Shown here piece after piece: positions 19,717 to 29,856 of a stretch of 64,000 nucleotides of DNA. A program made the translations under genes and the position numbers. Every line of letters starts with the position of its first letter. Within the stretch, counting starts at the first letter, position 1. The notes beneath the pieces are model-generated. The model was not told where the DNA came from. It was given only the letters and a program-made list of their open reading frames with translations, and searched no databases. Origin of the DNA: Phycisphaerae bacterium (GTDB lineage Bacteria; Planctomycetota; Phycisphaerae; UBA1845; Fen-1342); assembly GCA_963675745.2 (NCBI GenBank), contig CAXXWX010000026.1, positions 704,001 through 768,000 of the forward strand. The letters run 5' to 3'.

Positions 19717-20775
19717 GTGACAACAGCACGCGTCTTGCGAGCAGCCCGGCGCCGGCCACGGCAGGTCAACCGGGTCGCATTGGCACTGGTGGCGGCGAGT
19801 TTGCTGACCGCGGCGGGTTGCGGTCCGACGTCCTTTCTGATCACGCCGGTGCCCGGAGAGCGGGCGCTGCGCGAGTCAGTTGTAATCCGGGAAAGCGTCT
19901 GGGCCAGTCGCAAGGTGGCGATTATCGACGTTGACGGAATGCTGCAGAACGCGCGGCCACAACCGATCGTGGGGCCCGCGGGCGACAACCCTGTGTCGGT
20001 CTTCAAGGAGAAGCTCGACCGTGCCGCCAAGGACGACCGCGTCGCGGCCATCGTGCTACGGATAAACACGCCGGGCGGTGGGGTGACCGCCAGCGATCTG
20101 ATGTACGCCGAAATGCGCCGATTCAAGCGCGCCACCGAGAAGCCGGTGGTCGCTTGCATGTTGGATCTCGGCACGTCCGGCGGATACTACCTGGCCTGCG
20201 CCGCCGATCACATCGTCGCGCATCCAACAACGGTCACCGGCAGCATCGGCGTGATCATGCTGTCACCGAACATCGCCGAGACGCTGGCACACATCGGCGC
20301 CGAAGTGCATATCTTCAAGTCCGGGCGCATGAAGGACGCCGGTTCGCCGTTCAGGAAAATGACCGACGCCGATCGAGAGCTGTTTCAAAAGCTTATCGAC
20401 GGCATGTATGCCCGCTTTCTGGCGGTCGTCGCCCAGGCCCGGCCCGCGCTCGCGAAGAGCGGGAAGCTCGAACAGCTCGCCGACGGGCGCGTGTTTCTCG
20501 GCGGTGAGGCGCTGGATAATGGACTGATCGACCAACTCGGCACGCTTAATGACGCGATCATCAAGGCCAAAGACCTGGCCGGCCTTGCGGATGAGAGCGT
20601 TCTGGTCGTGCAATACAGTCGCCCGCTGGCACATCGCCCGAACTTTTATGCCGACGGATCTGTCCCCGGTGCGGTGTCCGAGAGCCGGGCGACCGAGCTC
20701 TTCGACATGGCGCTGCCGCCCTGGCTGCGGCACTCAACGCCTCAATTTCTGTATATGTGGGCGCCGGGGTGGTGA
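19717..20775 (+). CDS. sppA: Signal peptide peptidase SppA (S49), lipoprotein
   Basis: Lipobox-like TAAGC, LRINTPGG, SGGYY, TGSIGV, KSG..KDAGSPFR, DGRVF. Confidence 0.93.
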   Translation: MTTARVLRAARRRPRQVNRVALALVAASLLTAAGCGPTSFLITPVPGERALRESVVIRESVWASRKVAIIDVDGMLQNARPQPIVGPAGDNPVSVFKEKLDRAAKDDRVAAIVLRINTPGGGVTASDLMYAEMRRFKRATEKPVVACMLDLGTSGGYYLACAADHIVAHPTTVTGSIGVIMLSPNIAETLAHIGAEVHIFKSGRMKDAGSPFRKMTDADRELFQKLIDGMYARFLAVVAQARPALAKSGKLEQLADGRVFLGGEALDNGLIDQLGTLNDAIIKAKDLAGLADESVLVVQYSRPLAHRPNFYADGSVPGAVSESRATELFDMALPPWLRHSTPQFLYMWAPGW

Positions 20776-21021
20776 GGCGTTCGTCCCACAGGTTACAATC
20801 TCCACCGCGGCCAATGCCGTTTGGGGCAGAAGAGTTGCGGGTTCGGCGCAGAACGTAGCGGCCGGCGCCTCGCCGGCCGTGGGATATAGGAAACCTGGTT
20901 TTGCGCCGACGGCCCGCGGGGCGCGGGCCGTTACAGCGCTATCGGCAGATGACCGTCCGCCTGGAAACGGCGTCGGCATGAAAAGGGCGGGCTGCCCGAG
21001 GCGCTCGGAAGAGCTGACTGA

Positions 21022-21602
21022 ATGATTGTCCTGATCGACAACTACGACTCGTTTACCTACAACCTGGTCCAGCGGATCGGCGAGTTGGACGACACGATCC
21101 CCATCAAGGTCTACCGCAACGACCAGGTGACGCTCGAGCAGATAGAGGCGGACGGCCCTGAACGCATCATCATTTCACCCGGACCCTGCACGCCGAAAGA
21201 GGCCGGCATCAGCGTCGACGTGGTCCGGCACTTCGCCGGCAAGACGGCGGTGCTCGGCGTATGCCTGGGGCACCAGTCGATCGCGGCCGCGTTCGGCGCC
21301 GAGATCATTCGCGCGCGCGACGCCTGATGCACGGCAAGACAAGCATGATCAGGCACGACGGGCGCGGCGTTTTCAGCGGGCTCGATAATCCGTTCGAGGC
21401 CACACGCTATCACTCGCTGATCATCAAACCCGGTTCGTTGCCGGATGATTTCGAAATAAGCGCGACGGCCGCCGATGACGCCGAGGAGATCATGGGGATT
21501 CGGCACAGGCGCATGCCGATCGAGGGCGTGCAGTTCCATCCCGAGAGCTTCCTGACCGAATTGGGGCCGCGCCTGTTGGCGAACTTTGTGGGGCATAACT
21601 GA
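21022..21602 (+). CDS. trpG: Anthranilate/aminodeoxychorismate synthase component II, apparent frameshift at ~21310-21320
   Basis: [21 protein letters not shown] in one frame; [18 protein letters not shown] in another. The junction lies in a (CG)n run. Confidence 0.9.
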
Positions 21603-21616
21603 GTGCTGGTGTGATA

Positions 21617-22205
21617 ATGAGAGAAGCGATACTGCATGTCCTGATCGCGATGGCGATTGTACTGACGGCGGGCTGTTCACAGCGCCCCCGCGGAGACGCG
21701 CGGCATAGACCCGCACCCGACAGTTGCCGAACTGCCCGCGCCACCCGCCGAAGCGCCCATGCCCGGGATGGCCGCGTCGGTTGGAATTGACGGCCCCGAG
21801 CCGCCCCCCAACCTGCCCTATGCTCCCACGTACGAGCCGATCGAGTACACGCCCGAGCAGCGGGCCATTCTCGCCGCCGGCCGGCCGCGTGAGCACAATT
21901 GGCTCGAGTTCTACACACCAACGGACCCAGAGCGGGCCGTATCGCACGACCCAGGGCGCGGAGCGCTGCCCGGCATTAACAGCATGAGGCAATACAGCGT
22001 CGCGCGCGGTCCGGCGCAACGCCCCGTGCGTCCAGGAAATGACACCACCAACGAGCCGGGCGTTGGGGCCGCAACCCGGAATGTGGGGCGCGGCCATCAG
22101 CGCGGCGGCCCGGACACCGCTGTCGGCCCGGCCACGCCGATCTTCGGCGGTTACGACAAACCCGCTCGCAATGTCGGTCCCCCCTCCAGGGTGAGACGCC
22201 CATAG
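21617..22205 (+). CDS. Pro-rich hypothetical lipoprotein, apparent frameshift at ~21685-21690
   Basis: MREAILHVLIAMAIVLTAGC lipobox joins the 21759-22205 frame if one C is removed from a C5 run. Confidence 0.5.
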
Positions 22206-22309
22206 CAACGCATCGGCCCCCGGTTCTCCGCTTGTGGCTCAGCACACGCTTCGGCATAATCCACCCACACGAGGCAATAGCGCGACCTGCCGGACAGAAG
22301 GAACGGAAC

Positions 22310-23905
22310 ATGTCATCGCCACTGCGCACATCGTCCTTTGAGGTTGGTGTCCATGTGCACACCGCCAACGGGACATACTGCGAACCTGCAGGTTGGTGCG
22401 CGACCGGCGATCGCTTCACGAGTGAACGCTTGGTCAATGGTGATGCCGGCGAGGCACACGAGGAAACCGGCGCGACGCTGTGTGTCGAGGCCCTGTCACT
22501 CGATTCCGAACGATTTGCGCTGCGCGCACGCGCCCACCACCCCGAGATCGTCAAAGCCATCAAGTTCGTGCTGGATTTGCCTTATATGCCGATGCTCGCG
22601 CCCGAGGAAGTTGCCCTCGAAGAGGCGACCTGGCGTGACTGGCATTTCCCGCGCGACTGGCGCACGGGGTTCGCGGTCTGGCAGGCTGACGGTCGCCACT
22701 TCACGGTCTGCACCAAGGACCACCCGTGGCATTTCAAGCGACTGCGGGCCTTGCGCAATGGTAACCGCATGCGCCTGGAGATTATCCAGGACGCCAACGT
22801 TCGCGAGCGCTCGCTTGATTTCGCCACCAGCGAATGGGAGATCGGCTACCGCTCGGATGTTGATGGGCTACTCGATGATTATGCGCTCTTCACCGAGCAG
22901 GCATTCGGCGCGGCCGCTTTCAGCCGCCGACAGGATGCCCCCGAGTGGGCGCGCGGACTGGGCCTGGTCGTCAACTTGCACTGCACCGACTGGAACGGAC
23001 AGACGAATCTCGATTATCCCGGTCTGACCAGGGCGGCCGAATCACTCGCCAACCAGTTTCCCGCCGAGCGCACGCTGCTCTATCCGATCGGCTGGGACGG
23101 GCGGTATATGCGTGACTACCCGACGTTTGAGCCGTCCGCCGGGTTGGGCGGCGCGGATGGGTTCAAGTCGTTCTGTCAGCGCGCCCGCGGCCTGGGTTTT
23201 CACATCATGCCGCACCTCAACGCCATGGTCTGCAACATGCGGCACCGGCTGTACGCACCGCACCTGAAGGACTATGTCATCCGTAACCACCTGGGCCGGC
23301 CGGTGCATTGTCTGCACATCGACTGGGATCACGACGGCCTCGGCGATCCGGCACATTCATACCTGGCACTCCAGCCCGCGGCGCTGCGCGACATACTGGT
23401 TGAGCGCATCAGCAGCCTTGTGCGCGAATACGACCTCGATGCGGTCTTTCTCGACGAGACCTGCAATGTGTTCTACAACGACCCGGCCTGGGACCAGGTT
23501 GACGGCGTCCGCCGCCTGGTACGCGACATCCACCGGGCCTGCCCCAACCTGCTGGTCGTCGGCGAGGAATGGAACGAGCTGCTGCTCGGGTTGACGCCGG
23601 TCGTACAGCTCTGGGAAGAGACGGCGGACGGCCGCGGTGGCTTTGGACGCGGAAAATCGGCCATGGTGCGCCGCTGGGCCGGGCGGTTCATTCGCGGCTG
23701 TGGTTATCTCGCGCTGGCTTCACCCGACGGGCACACCGGCGTACACGAATGGCCCGACAAACCCTGGATTGATGAACGCGACAACGAGACGTTTTACATC
23801 CCCACGCTGTCGCTGACCGGTCAGACACTTGAGCGCGGCGCGGACGGGATTCGCGCGACAATCGACCGCGCACGCAGGTATGTCGATCAATACGTGATGA
23901 GCTAA
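22310..23905 (+). CDS. Putative TIM-barrel glycoside hydrolase-like protein (DUF6259-like)
   Basis: GWDGRY..YP, LGGADGF, G.HIMPHLN, YDLDAVFLDE, LVVGEE; no signal peptide. Confidence 0.6.
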   Translation: MSSPLRTSSFEVGVHVHTANGTYCEPAGWCATGDRFTSERLVNGDAGEAHEETGATLCVEALSLDSERFALRARAHHPEIVKAIKFVLDLPYMPMLAPEEVALEEATWRDWHFPRDWRTGFAVWQADGRHFTVCTKDHPWHFKRLRALRNGNRMRLEIIQDANVRERSLDFATSEWEIGYRSDVDGLLDDYALFTEQAFGAAAFSRRQDAPEWARGLGLVVNLHCTDWNGQTNLDYPGLTRAAESLANQFPAERTLLYPIGWDGRYMRDYPTFEPSAGLGGADGFKSFCQRARGLGFHIMPHLNAMVCNMRHRLYAPHLKDYVIRNHLGRPVHCLHIDWDHDGLGDPAHSYLALQPAALRDILVERISSLVREYDLDAVFLDETCNVFYNDPAWDQVDGVRRLVRDIHRACPNLLVVGEEWNELLLGLTPVVQLWEETADGRGGFGRGKSAMVRRWAGRFIRGCGYLALASPDGHTGVHEWPDKPWIDERDNETFYIPTLSLTGQTLERGADGIRATIDRARRYVDQYVMS

Positions 23906-24042
23906 CGGTCAACTCACAACGGCGGCGGCATCGGCTATCAACCCATGAGCATCACAATTCACAGGCCTGTAACACAACGGCGGACGGGATAGCACGCACG
24001 GTCAACGGGCAACATGGACCACATCTGCAAAGGGAGTCGAAA

Positions 24043-24949
24043 ATGGCAAAGAAACGGCCCGCGAAAAAGGCCGCCAAGGCCAAAAGGAAGACGGTCAAGA
24101 CTGCGAAGAGAGCCGTGAAGAAGACGGCCAAGAAAGCTGCGAAGAAGGCTGCCAAGAAGAAAGTGGCCAAGAAGAAGGTGGCGAAGAAGAAGATCGCAAA
24201 AAAGGCTGCAAAGAAGGCCGTCAGGAAAGCAGCAAAGAAGGCAGCCAGAAAGACCGTTAGAAAGAAGGCGGTAAAGAAGGGCGCCAAGCGGACGGCCAAG
24301 AAGGGCGCCAAGAAGGCGGTAAAGAAAGCGGCCAAGAAGCCTGTCAGGAAGTCCGCGACCAGGAGAGCCCGGCCCGTGGCGAAGAAGGCCGCGCCCAAGG
24401 CCCGGCCCCCCAGGAAACCACCGCTGCGCGTCGTCCAGCCGCCACCGCCAGCGGCGGCCCCCGTGCCGGAGCCAATCACGCGTCCATCCATGCCGCCGGT
24501 CGGCAGTCTGGCCCCGGATTTTGAGCTGATGGATGGCCAGGGACGCTCACATCGCCTGTCCGAGTACGCCGGCAAACGTATCGTCCTGTACTTCTACCCG
24601 CGCGACAACACGCCGGGATGCACCAAAGAGGCCTGCGGATTTCGCGACACGCTGGGCGACTTTGATGCGCTCAACACGGTCGTATTCGGTGTCTCACCCG
24701 ATAGCGTCGACAGCCATAAGCGTTTTGCGGCGACCTTCAGTCTGCCGTTCCCGTTGCTGGCGGACCAGGATCACGCGGTCGCGGAGCAGTTCGGCGCGTG
24801 GGGCGAAAAAACCCGTAGCGGACACACGTCCGTGGGCATCCTGCGCTCGACATTCGTGATCGACACCGAAGGCCGCATCGAAAAGGTGTTTGAGAACGTA
24901 AAGGCGGAGGGGCCACGAACAGGCCGTGTTGGCATACTTGCGCGGCTAG
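24043..24949 (+). CDS. bcp: Histone H1-like Lys/Ala-rich domain fused to BCP/PrxQ peroxiredoxin; apparent +1 frameshift at ~24909
   Basis: About 125 aa of KKAAK-type repeats, Pro linker, APDF, LYFYPRDNTPGCTKEAC, GVSPD, RSTFVID. Removing one G restores KAEGHEQAVLAYLRG* ending at TAG 24947-24949. Confidence 0.9.
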
Positions 24950-25093
24950 AGCGGTTTCAGTAAAGACGCGGTGGCTTACACTGTCGGGGTGGGTCGGGCG
25001 TCTCGCCCGACTTCGACGAAAGCAGTACATCGGCGGGCGGGACGCCCGCCCCACCCGCGTATGGGCAACGGATTGTTGTTGAAACCGCTCTAG
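24946..25093 (-). mobile_element. 148-bp MITE-like element with internal REP doublet, copy 2
   Basis: Perfect 14-bp terminal inverted repeats CTAGAGCGGTTTCA / TGAAACCGCTCTAG; matches 5760-5907. Confidence 0.85.
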
Positions 25094-25149
25094 AGCTGAG
25101 GCGCACGGTTCACCATGTCCGCGACGCACATTCACAGGGAATCCTGGCG

Positions 25150-26079
25150 TTGAGCGCACACTATGCAGATCGGCTGGCCGCGGCCATCGCGCAACGCGGC
25201 AGTCCCGCCGTCGTCGGTATCGACCCGGTCATTGAGCGACTGCCCGATGCGCTGCGCCCGGCCGATAGCACGCTGGCAGCCGCGGTGACGGCTGTTGAAT
25301 CGTTCTGCCGCACGCTGATCGATACCGTGGCGCCACACGTGCCCGCGGTGAAGATCAACTCCGGTTTCTTCGAGCCGTTCCATGAGGCCGGGGTGGGCCC
25401 TGTACTACCAGCTCATCACCCACGCCCACTCACGGGGCCTGCTGGTAATCGGCGATATCAAGCGCGGAGACATCGGCTCAACCGCGGCGCTTGTACGCGC
25501 GCGGTCACCTGGCAACGCCCGAGTTCTCCGATGTAGATGCGGCGCGCACTTCCCGACGCGGTCACCGTCGCGGGTTATCTTGGCAAAAGCGCCGTCGCGC
25601 CGTTTATCGAGGCCGCCCAAGCCGGCGGCCGCGGACTGTATGTGCTCGTGCGCCCGTCCGACCCGGGGGCCGACGAGGTTCACGAGTTTGGTGGCGACCT
25701 GCACCTCTACGAGCATATGGCCCGACTCGTTGCGGATTGGGGAGCGGCCCCCGAGCTGCGCGGCGTCGGTGGATGGTCGTGTGTCGGCGCGGTTGTCGCT
25801 CCCAAGGACGTGGACAGCACCGCGGCGCTGCGGTCCGCGCTGCCCCACACGCCACTGCTCGTCCCGGGATACGGCGCGCAAGGCGCGACAGCGGATGCCT
25901 GCCGGGTGTTGTTTGGCCCGGATGGCGCGGGCGCGGTCGTCAACGCATCCCGATCGGTCATTTACGCGTATCAGAAGCAGGAGTATGTCGAGAAACACGG
26001 CGACGACTGGGCGGCGTGCGTCGACGACGCGGCTCGCGATTTTGCCGCTGACATCGCGCGCGTCGCCAGGCCGCGCTGA
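25150..26079 (+). CDS. pyrF: Orotidine-5'-phosphate decarboxylase, three apparent +1 frameshifts
   Basis: VGIDP, AVKIN, GDIKRGDIGST (DxKxxDIxxT), GAVV, LVPGYGAQG, VNASRSVI across three frames; shifts near 25396, 25491 and 25550. Confidence 0.9.
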
Positions 26080-26088
26080 GGTAATTGG

Positions 26089-27487
26089 ATGCTGCGAACC
26101 GCGTATCTAATAGTGCTCGCCTTGCTGGTTGGATGCGCGGCTCCATTCTCGCCGCCCCGCGAATCATTGTTCGTCACGTTGCAGGTCTCGCGCGATCCAC
26201 CGTGCTATGAGATTCACCGCTGCGACTGGAATTCCCGCGTCGCCGCCGGTGGTTCGCCGGCCGCGGCTCCCCCGGACCTGCTCCAACCAACGCAGGTCTA
26301 CCGCTTTGAAGGCCTGGCACGGCCCCCGAAGCCGGTGGCGATCACGCCGCGCGCCGGGGCTGATCGTCGCGCTCGAGAACCACGGCCAGGCGTGTGTTGA
26401 CTTTGAACGCATTGACGCGACCGGCGTGCGCTCGGGCCTAGCGCTCGACAGCGCGACGCCAAACCCGTGCTACCAGCGAATCCTCGAAAACGATGGCGAA
26501 CATCTGGCGATCCTGCGGCCGGTGCGTAGCGCGAACAAACCCGAGTTCACACTCGAAGACGGCATCATGACGGAGCTCAATCCGGACTGGATGCAGCTCG
26601 ACGTGTGCGATGCCGTTGCAGGGACGCTCTGGTCGGCCATGCCTGAGCCCGTCCTGCCGATAACGCGGTTGAAGGCGCACGAGTGGTTGATGCTGGTCAA
26701 CGGTCCACCGGCCTGGCTCTGTCGAGTGAATTGGCTGGATGGTTCGCGACGCCGACTCGCACCCTGGCCGGACGGTCGGCGTTTCGCGGGTGCCGCGATG
26801 TCACCCGGCGCGAAGTGGTGCGCAATCGCGTACCAGGAGACCGGCCGGCGCTGGAGCCTGTTCAATATTGTGCTCTGGTACGCCGATGGCAACGCGCTGG
26901 AACCGCTGGTCAGCAACGTGCTCGTCGCCACCAGGGCGGACTCCCCTGTCGGGCCGTGTCTGCGCATGCGCGCGCTCAATTCTCAGAACCTGGCGCTGGT
27001 CGCCACGCAGGTGACTGACATGCGCGGCGACGTGCCGCTCGAAGGACACTATCAAACCGTAATCGCCGACGTGTGGTCGCGAATAGTGCTGTGCCGTTTC
27101 GCACATCCGCAAGCGGGCCTGGCCGACGACGTACCTGAGCTGTTTCTTCCGGCCGAGCGCCTGTCCAACTTGCGCGTCAAGCTGCACGAGTCAGATAGCT
27201 CCACGTCGGGCGGCAATGACGAACGCTGGCGGAAATTCCTGCGATTTGTCGAAGGGCAGTTCGTCGCCGCCGGGCGCCACGTCTACGATCCGACGCGCTT
27301 GAGTCACTTTGCGTATAGCGCTGACGGCCGGGCACTTGCCACGCGCTATCTCCCCGGCGATGGCGGCGGTGAGGTTTGCGTGGTGTTGTGCGATTCGCTG
27401 CCGCCGCTGCAACTGCGCTTCGACAATGTCGCGCGCCTCACGTGGCTTGTGCGCACCACCAACACGCGCGATGACACGTCGGACTGA
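26089..27487 (+). CDS. Hypothetical lipoprotein, possibly beta-propeller; apparent frameshift at ~26350
   Basis: MLRTAYLIVLALLVGC lipobox in one frame continues into the 26129-27487 frame; SPGAKW and SADGRALA propeller-like turns. Confidence 0.55.
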
Positions 27488-27535
27488 GGGGATATTGAGA
27501 CCCGACGCCGAAGTCATGGTCGCGCCGGCAGCGAG

Positions 27536-28459
27536 CTACGCCGTGCCGGCGGCAACCCATTCCTGGAGCCAGGCCTGGATCTGCGGGCCGCGGTAGACGA
27601 TCACAATCGCGGCCACCGCCCACAACACCAGCGCGTATTGAAACGGCCGATCGCGCAGCACCACATCGGTCGGACCGTCAACCTGCCCGTGCTCCACCAG
27701 CAGTGCAAAGCGAAAGACAGCGTAGACGACCAGCGGAAGTGTGTACGCGAGATACTGCGTGCCGAACTTTTTAGTCGTGACCGGGTCGGTCGCGTACAGC
27801 ATAAAGCTGATGATCGCGATGCCCGCCGAGACTGTAATCATGTGGTTCAACAGCGCCGGCGTGTAACGGGCCAGCGTGGGTCGGTGCAGATGAGCATCGG
27901 TGCCGCCGTTTTCGGACAGCGCCTCGAGCTCGCAGCGCCGCTTGCTGAATCCCATAAACATGCACAGCGTGAACGTGCAAAGCACCAGCCAGATCGAGAT
28001 GTCCACGTGGGCCAGCACGGCCCCGCCCACCGCGCGCAACACGAACCCGATCGCAATGATCAGCACGTCGAGCAGCGCCGCCTGCTTGAGCCGTAACGTG
28101 TACAGGGCCTGGAGGACCAAGTAACACGCAACCACCAGGAAGAACCCACGGTTCAGAGCCAGGCTGCCCAGCAGCCCGATCAATCCGACCGCCAATCCGA
28201 CCAGCACCGCGTGCGGCACACTGATGGCACCCGAGGCCAGCGGGCGCTTCGACTTGCGCGGGTGATGCTGATCCTCTTCGCGGTCTTTGACATCGTTGAA
28301 GACATAGACCGCGCTGCTGGCCAGACACATGCAACAGAACCCCAACACGACGGCCAGCAGCGCCTCGGGGTCGGCGAGTTTGCGCGCAAAGATCACGCCC
28401 GCGAAGATGAAAACGTTCTTGATCCACTGCTGCGGTCGCAACAGCCGCAAGTATTCCAT
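27536..28459 (-). CDS. UbiA-family decaprenyl-phosphate phosphoribosyltransferase-like protein
   Basis: LRPQQWIKN, YVFNDVKD...D..HP.K..RPLASG, GFVLRA..G, KRR.EL, GPTDVVLRD. Confidence 0.9.
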   Translation of the reverse strand: MEYLRLLRPQQWIKNVFIFAGVIFARKLADPEALLAVVLGFCCMCLASSAVYVFNDVKDREEDQHHPRKSKRPLASGAISVPHAVLVGLAVGLIGLLGSLALNRGFFLVVACYLVLQALYTLRLKQAALLDVLIIAIGFVLRAVGGAVLAHVDISIWLVLCTFTLCMFMGFSKRRCELEALSENGGTDAHLHRPTLARYTPALLNHMITVSAGIAIISFMLYATDPVTTKKFGTQYLAYTLPLVVYAVFRFALLVEHGQVDGPTDVVLRDRPFQYALVLWAVAAIVIVYRGPQIQAWLQEWVAAGTA

Positions 28460-28583
28460 GCGCCAACTCCCACGATCGATCGGCATTGTGCGAGCGATTC
28501 GGTGCGACAGTCAACGCAGGACAGAGCCGGGCATCGCGTTGGACGATCGATCGTGGCCAACATGTCATCCATGTGGCGCGCAC

Positions 28584-28640
28584 GTGTCACGGCTCTGTGA
28601 GCTGAACTGGGGCACAGCACGGCTCACAGAGCCCGGGCAC
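28584..28640. repeat. REP doublet (CACGGCTCTGTGAGC family), degenerate copy
   Basis: gtgtcacggctctgtgagc ... cacggctcacagagcccgggcac; same family as 40489-40552. Confidence 0.7.
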
Positions 28641-28674
28641 GCGGAAGTCTGCGCGAAATTGCCGAGAGTGGGTA

Positions 28675-29775
28675 CTAGTAGCTGAACTCAGACAGCTTTG
28701 TCTTGCCGCGAAACACCCAGTAGATGATCGACGTGTAGGCCAGCACGAACGGCATGCCGAGCAGCGCGATGATCGCCATTATGAAAAGCGTCTTCTGTGA
28801 CGAAGCCGCGTTGTAGATGTCCAGGTTGTTTGCCGGGTCCAGGCTCGACACGAGCAGGTTTGGAAACAACGCCACGCCAAACAAAAAGACAAACGCCGCG
28901 ATTGAACAGCACGATGAAACGAACGCATAGCCGGCCCGGCCCTGGTGGATCGCCCGCGGTATATTGGCGATCGCCAGGACATTGAGCACCACCACAATCG
29001 CGGTCCACGGATAGGCCCGGAAATTGGCCGTCGCCGCCGGTATGCTCCACACCGCGATGGCGGTCGTGATCACGTACAAAGCGAGAAACGCGAAAAAGCT
29101 CGTCCACATCCAGCCGTGAATGCGCTGCTGCAACTCACCCTCGGTCTTGAGGTAGAGATAGATCGTACCGTGCATGGCGAACATCGAGACCGTGAACAGG
29201 CCCGTGACAACCGGGAACACCCCGATCAGGTTGAGCAGCGTGCCGGCGTGTTCACCATCAGCACCAATCCGGATGCCGCTCATCGTGCTGCCCACGGCCA
29301 CGCCAAACAGCAGAGTCGCCAGCGTGCTCGATCCGAAGAACGCGCCGTCAAACAGGCGCCGCCAGCCCGGCGAGGTGGACTTGCTGCGAAACTCCATCGA
29401 TACGGCGCGAAAAACCAGTGCAAACAGCAGCAGCATGAACGGCAGATAAAAGGCCGAGAATGATGTCGCGTAGGCGTGCGGAAACGCGGCGAACAGCGCG
29501 CCGCCGAAGGTCACCAGCCAGACTTCATTGCCGTCCCACACGGGCCCGATCGAGTTCATGAACAGGCGCCGCTCCTCGTCGGTCTTGGCGCCCAGGTGCA
29601 TGATGCCAACACCCAGATCAAACCCGTCGAGGATCGCGTACCCCGCCAGCAGCACGCCAAGCAGGACAAACCACAACAGGTTCAACGCGCCGCCCGCGGC
29701 GGATGGCGCCGCGTCGGCCGCCAGCACGAGTCCGCCGACAAGGGAATCATCCATCATTGTCATCGCACATTCCAT
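28675..29775 (-). CDS. cydB: Cytochrome bd ubiquinol oxidase subunit II
   Basis: LDGFDLGVG, IGPVWDGNEVWL, FRAVSMEFR, AASSQKTL, YWVFRGK. Confidence 0.96.
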   Translation of the reverse strand: MECAMTMMDDSLVGGLVLAADAAPSAAGGALNLLWFVLLGVLLAGYAILDGFDLGVGIMHLGAKTDEERRLFMNSIGPVWDGNEVWLVTFGGALFAAFPHAYATSFSAFYLPFMLLLFALVFRAVSMEFRSKSTSPGWRRLFDGAFFGSSTLATLLFGVAVGSTMSGIRIGADGEHAGTLLNLIGVFPVVTGLFTVSMFAMHGTIYLYLKTEGELQQRIHGWMWTSFFAFLALYVITTAIAVWSIPAATANFRAYPWTAIVVVLNVLAIANIPRAIHQGRAGYAFVSSCCSIAAFVFLFGVALFPNLLVSSLDPANNLDIYNAASSQKTLFIMAIIALLGMPFVLAYTSIIYWVFRGKTKLSEFSY

Positions 29776-29803
29776 CGCTGAAAGTCAGGTGGCCGCTCCA
29801 CTT

Positions 29804-29856
29804 GTGGGACCGGCTTCCAGCCGGTCAAGACGGCCGACGAAGACGTCGGCCCCTAC
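29804..29856. repeat. REP doublet between cydA and cydB
   Basis: GTGGGACCGGCTTCCAGCCGGTC followed by an inverted GTAG-headed unit whose TAG is the cydA stop codon. Confidence 0.7.

Noticed and set aside
19641..20174. Long N-terminal extension of the zincin ORF (similar cases for ald, LURP, murE, mgtE)
   Set aside because: It overlaps a neighbouring gene, and family similarity begins at the downstream Met.
23952..24575. Hydrophobic 207-aa minus-strand ORF rich in FFAAFL
   Set aside because: Antisense shadow of the AAG/GCC codons of the Lys/Ala repeat gene, not a membrane protein.
24910..24963. BCP C-terminus GPRTGRVGILARLERFQ in the ORF track
   Set aside because: Result of one extra G; the corrected frame gives a BCP-like GHEQAVL end with a stop at 24949.
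25380..25560. Programmed frameshifting or true pseudogene in pyrF
   Set aside because: No slippery heptamer, intact catalytic motif, and similar indels in neighbouring genes favour sequencing error.
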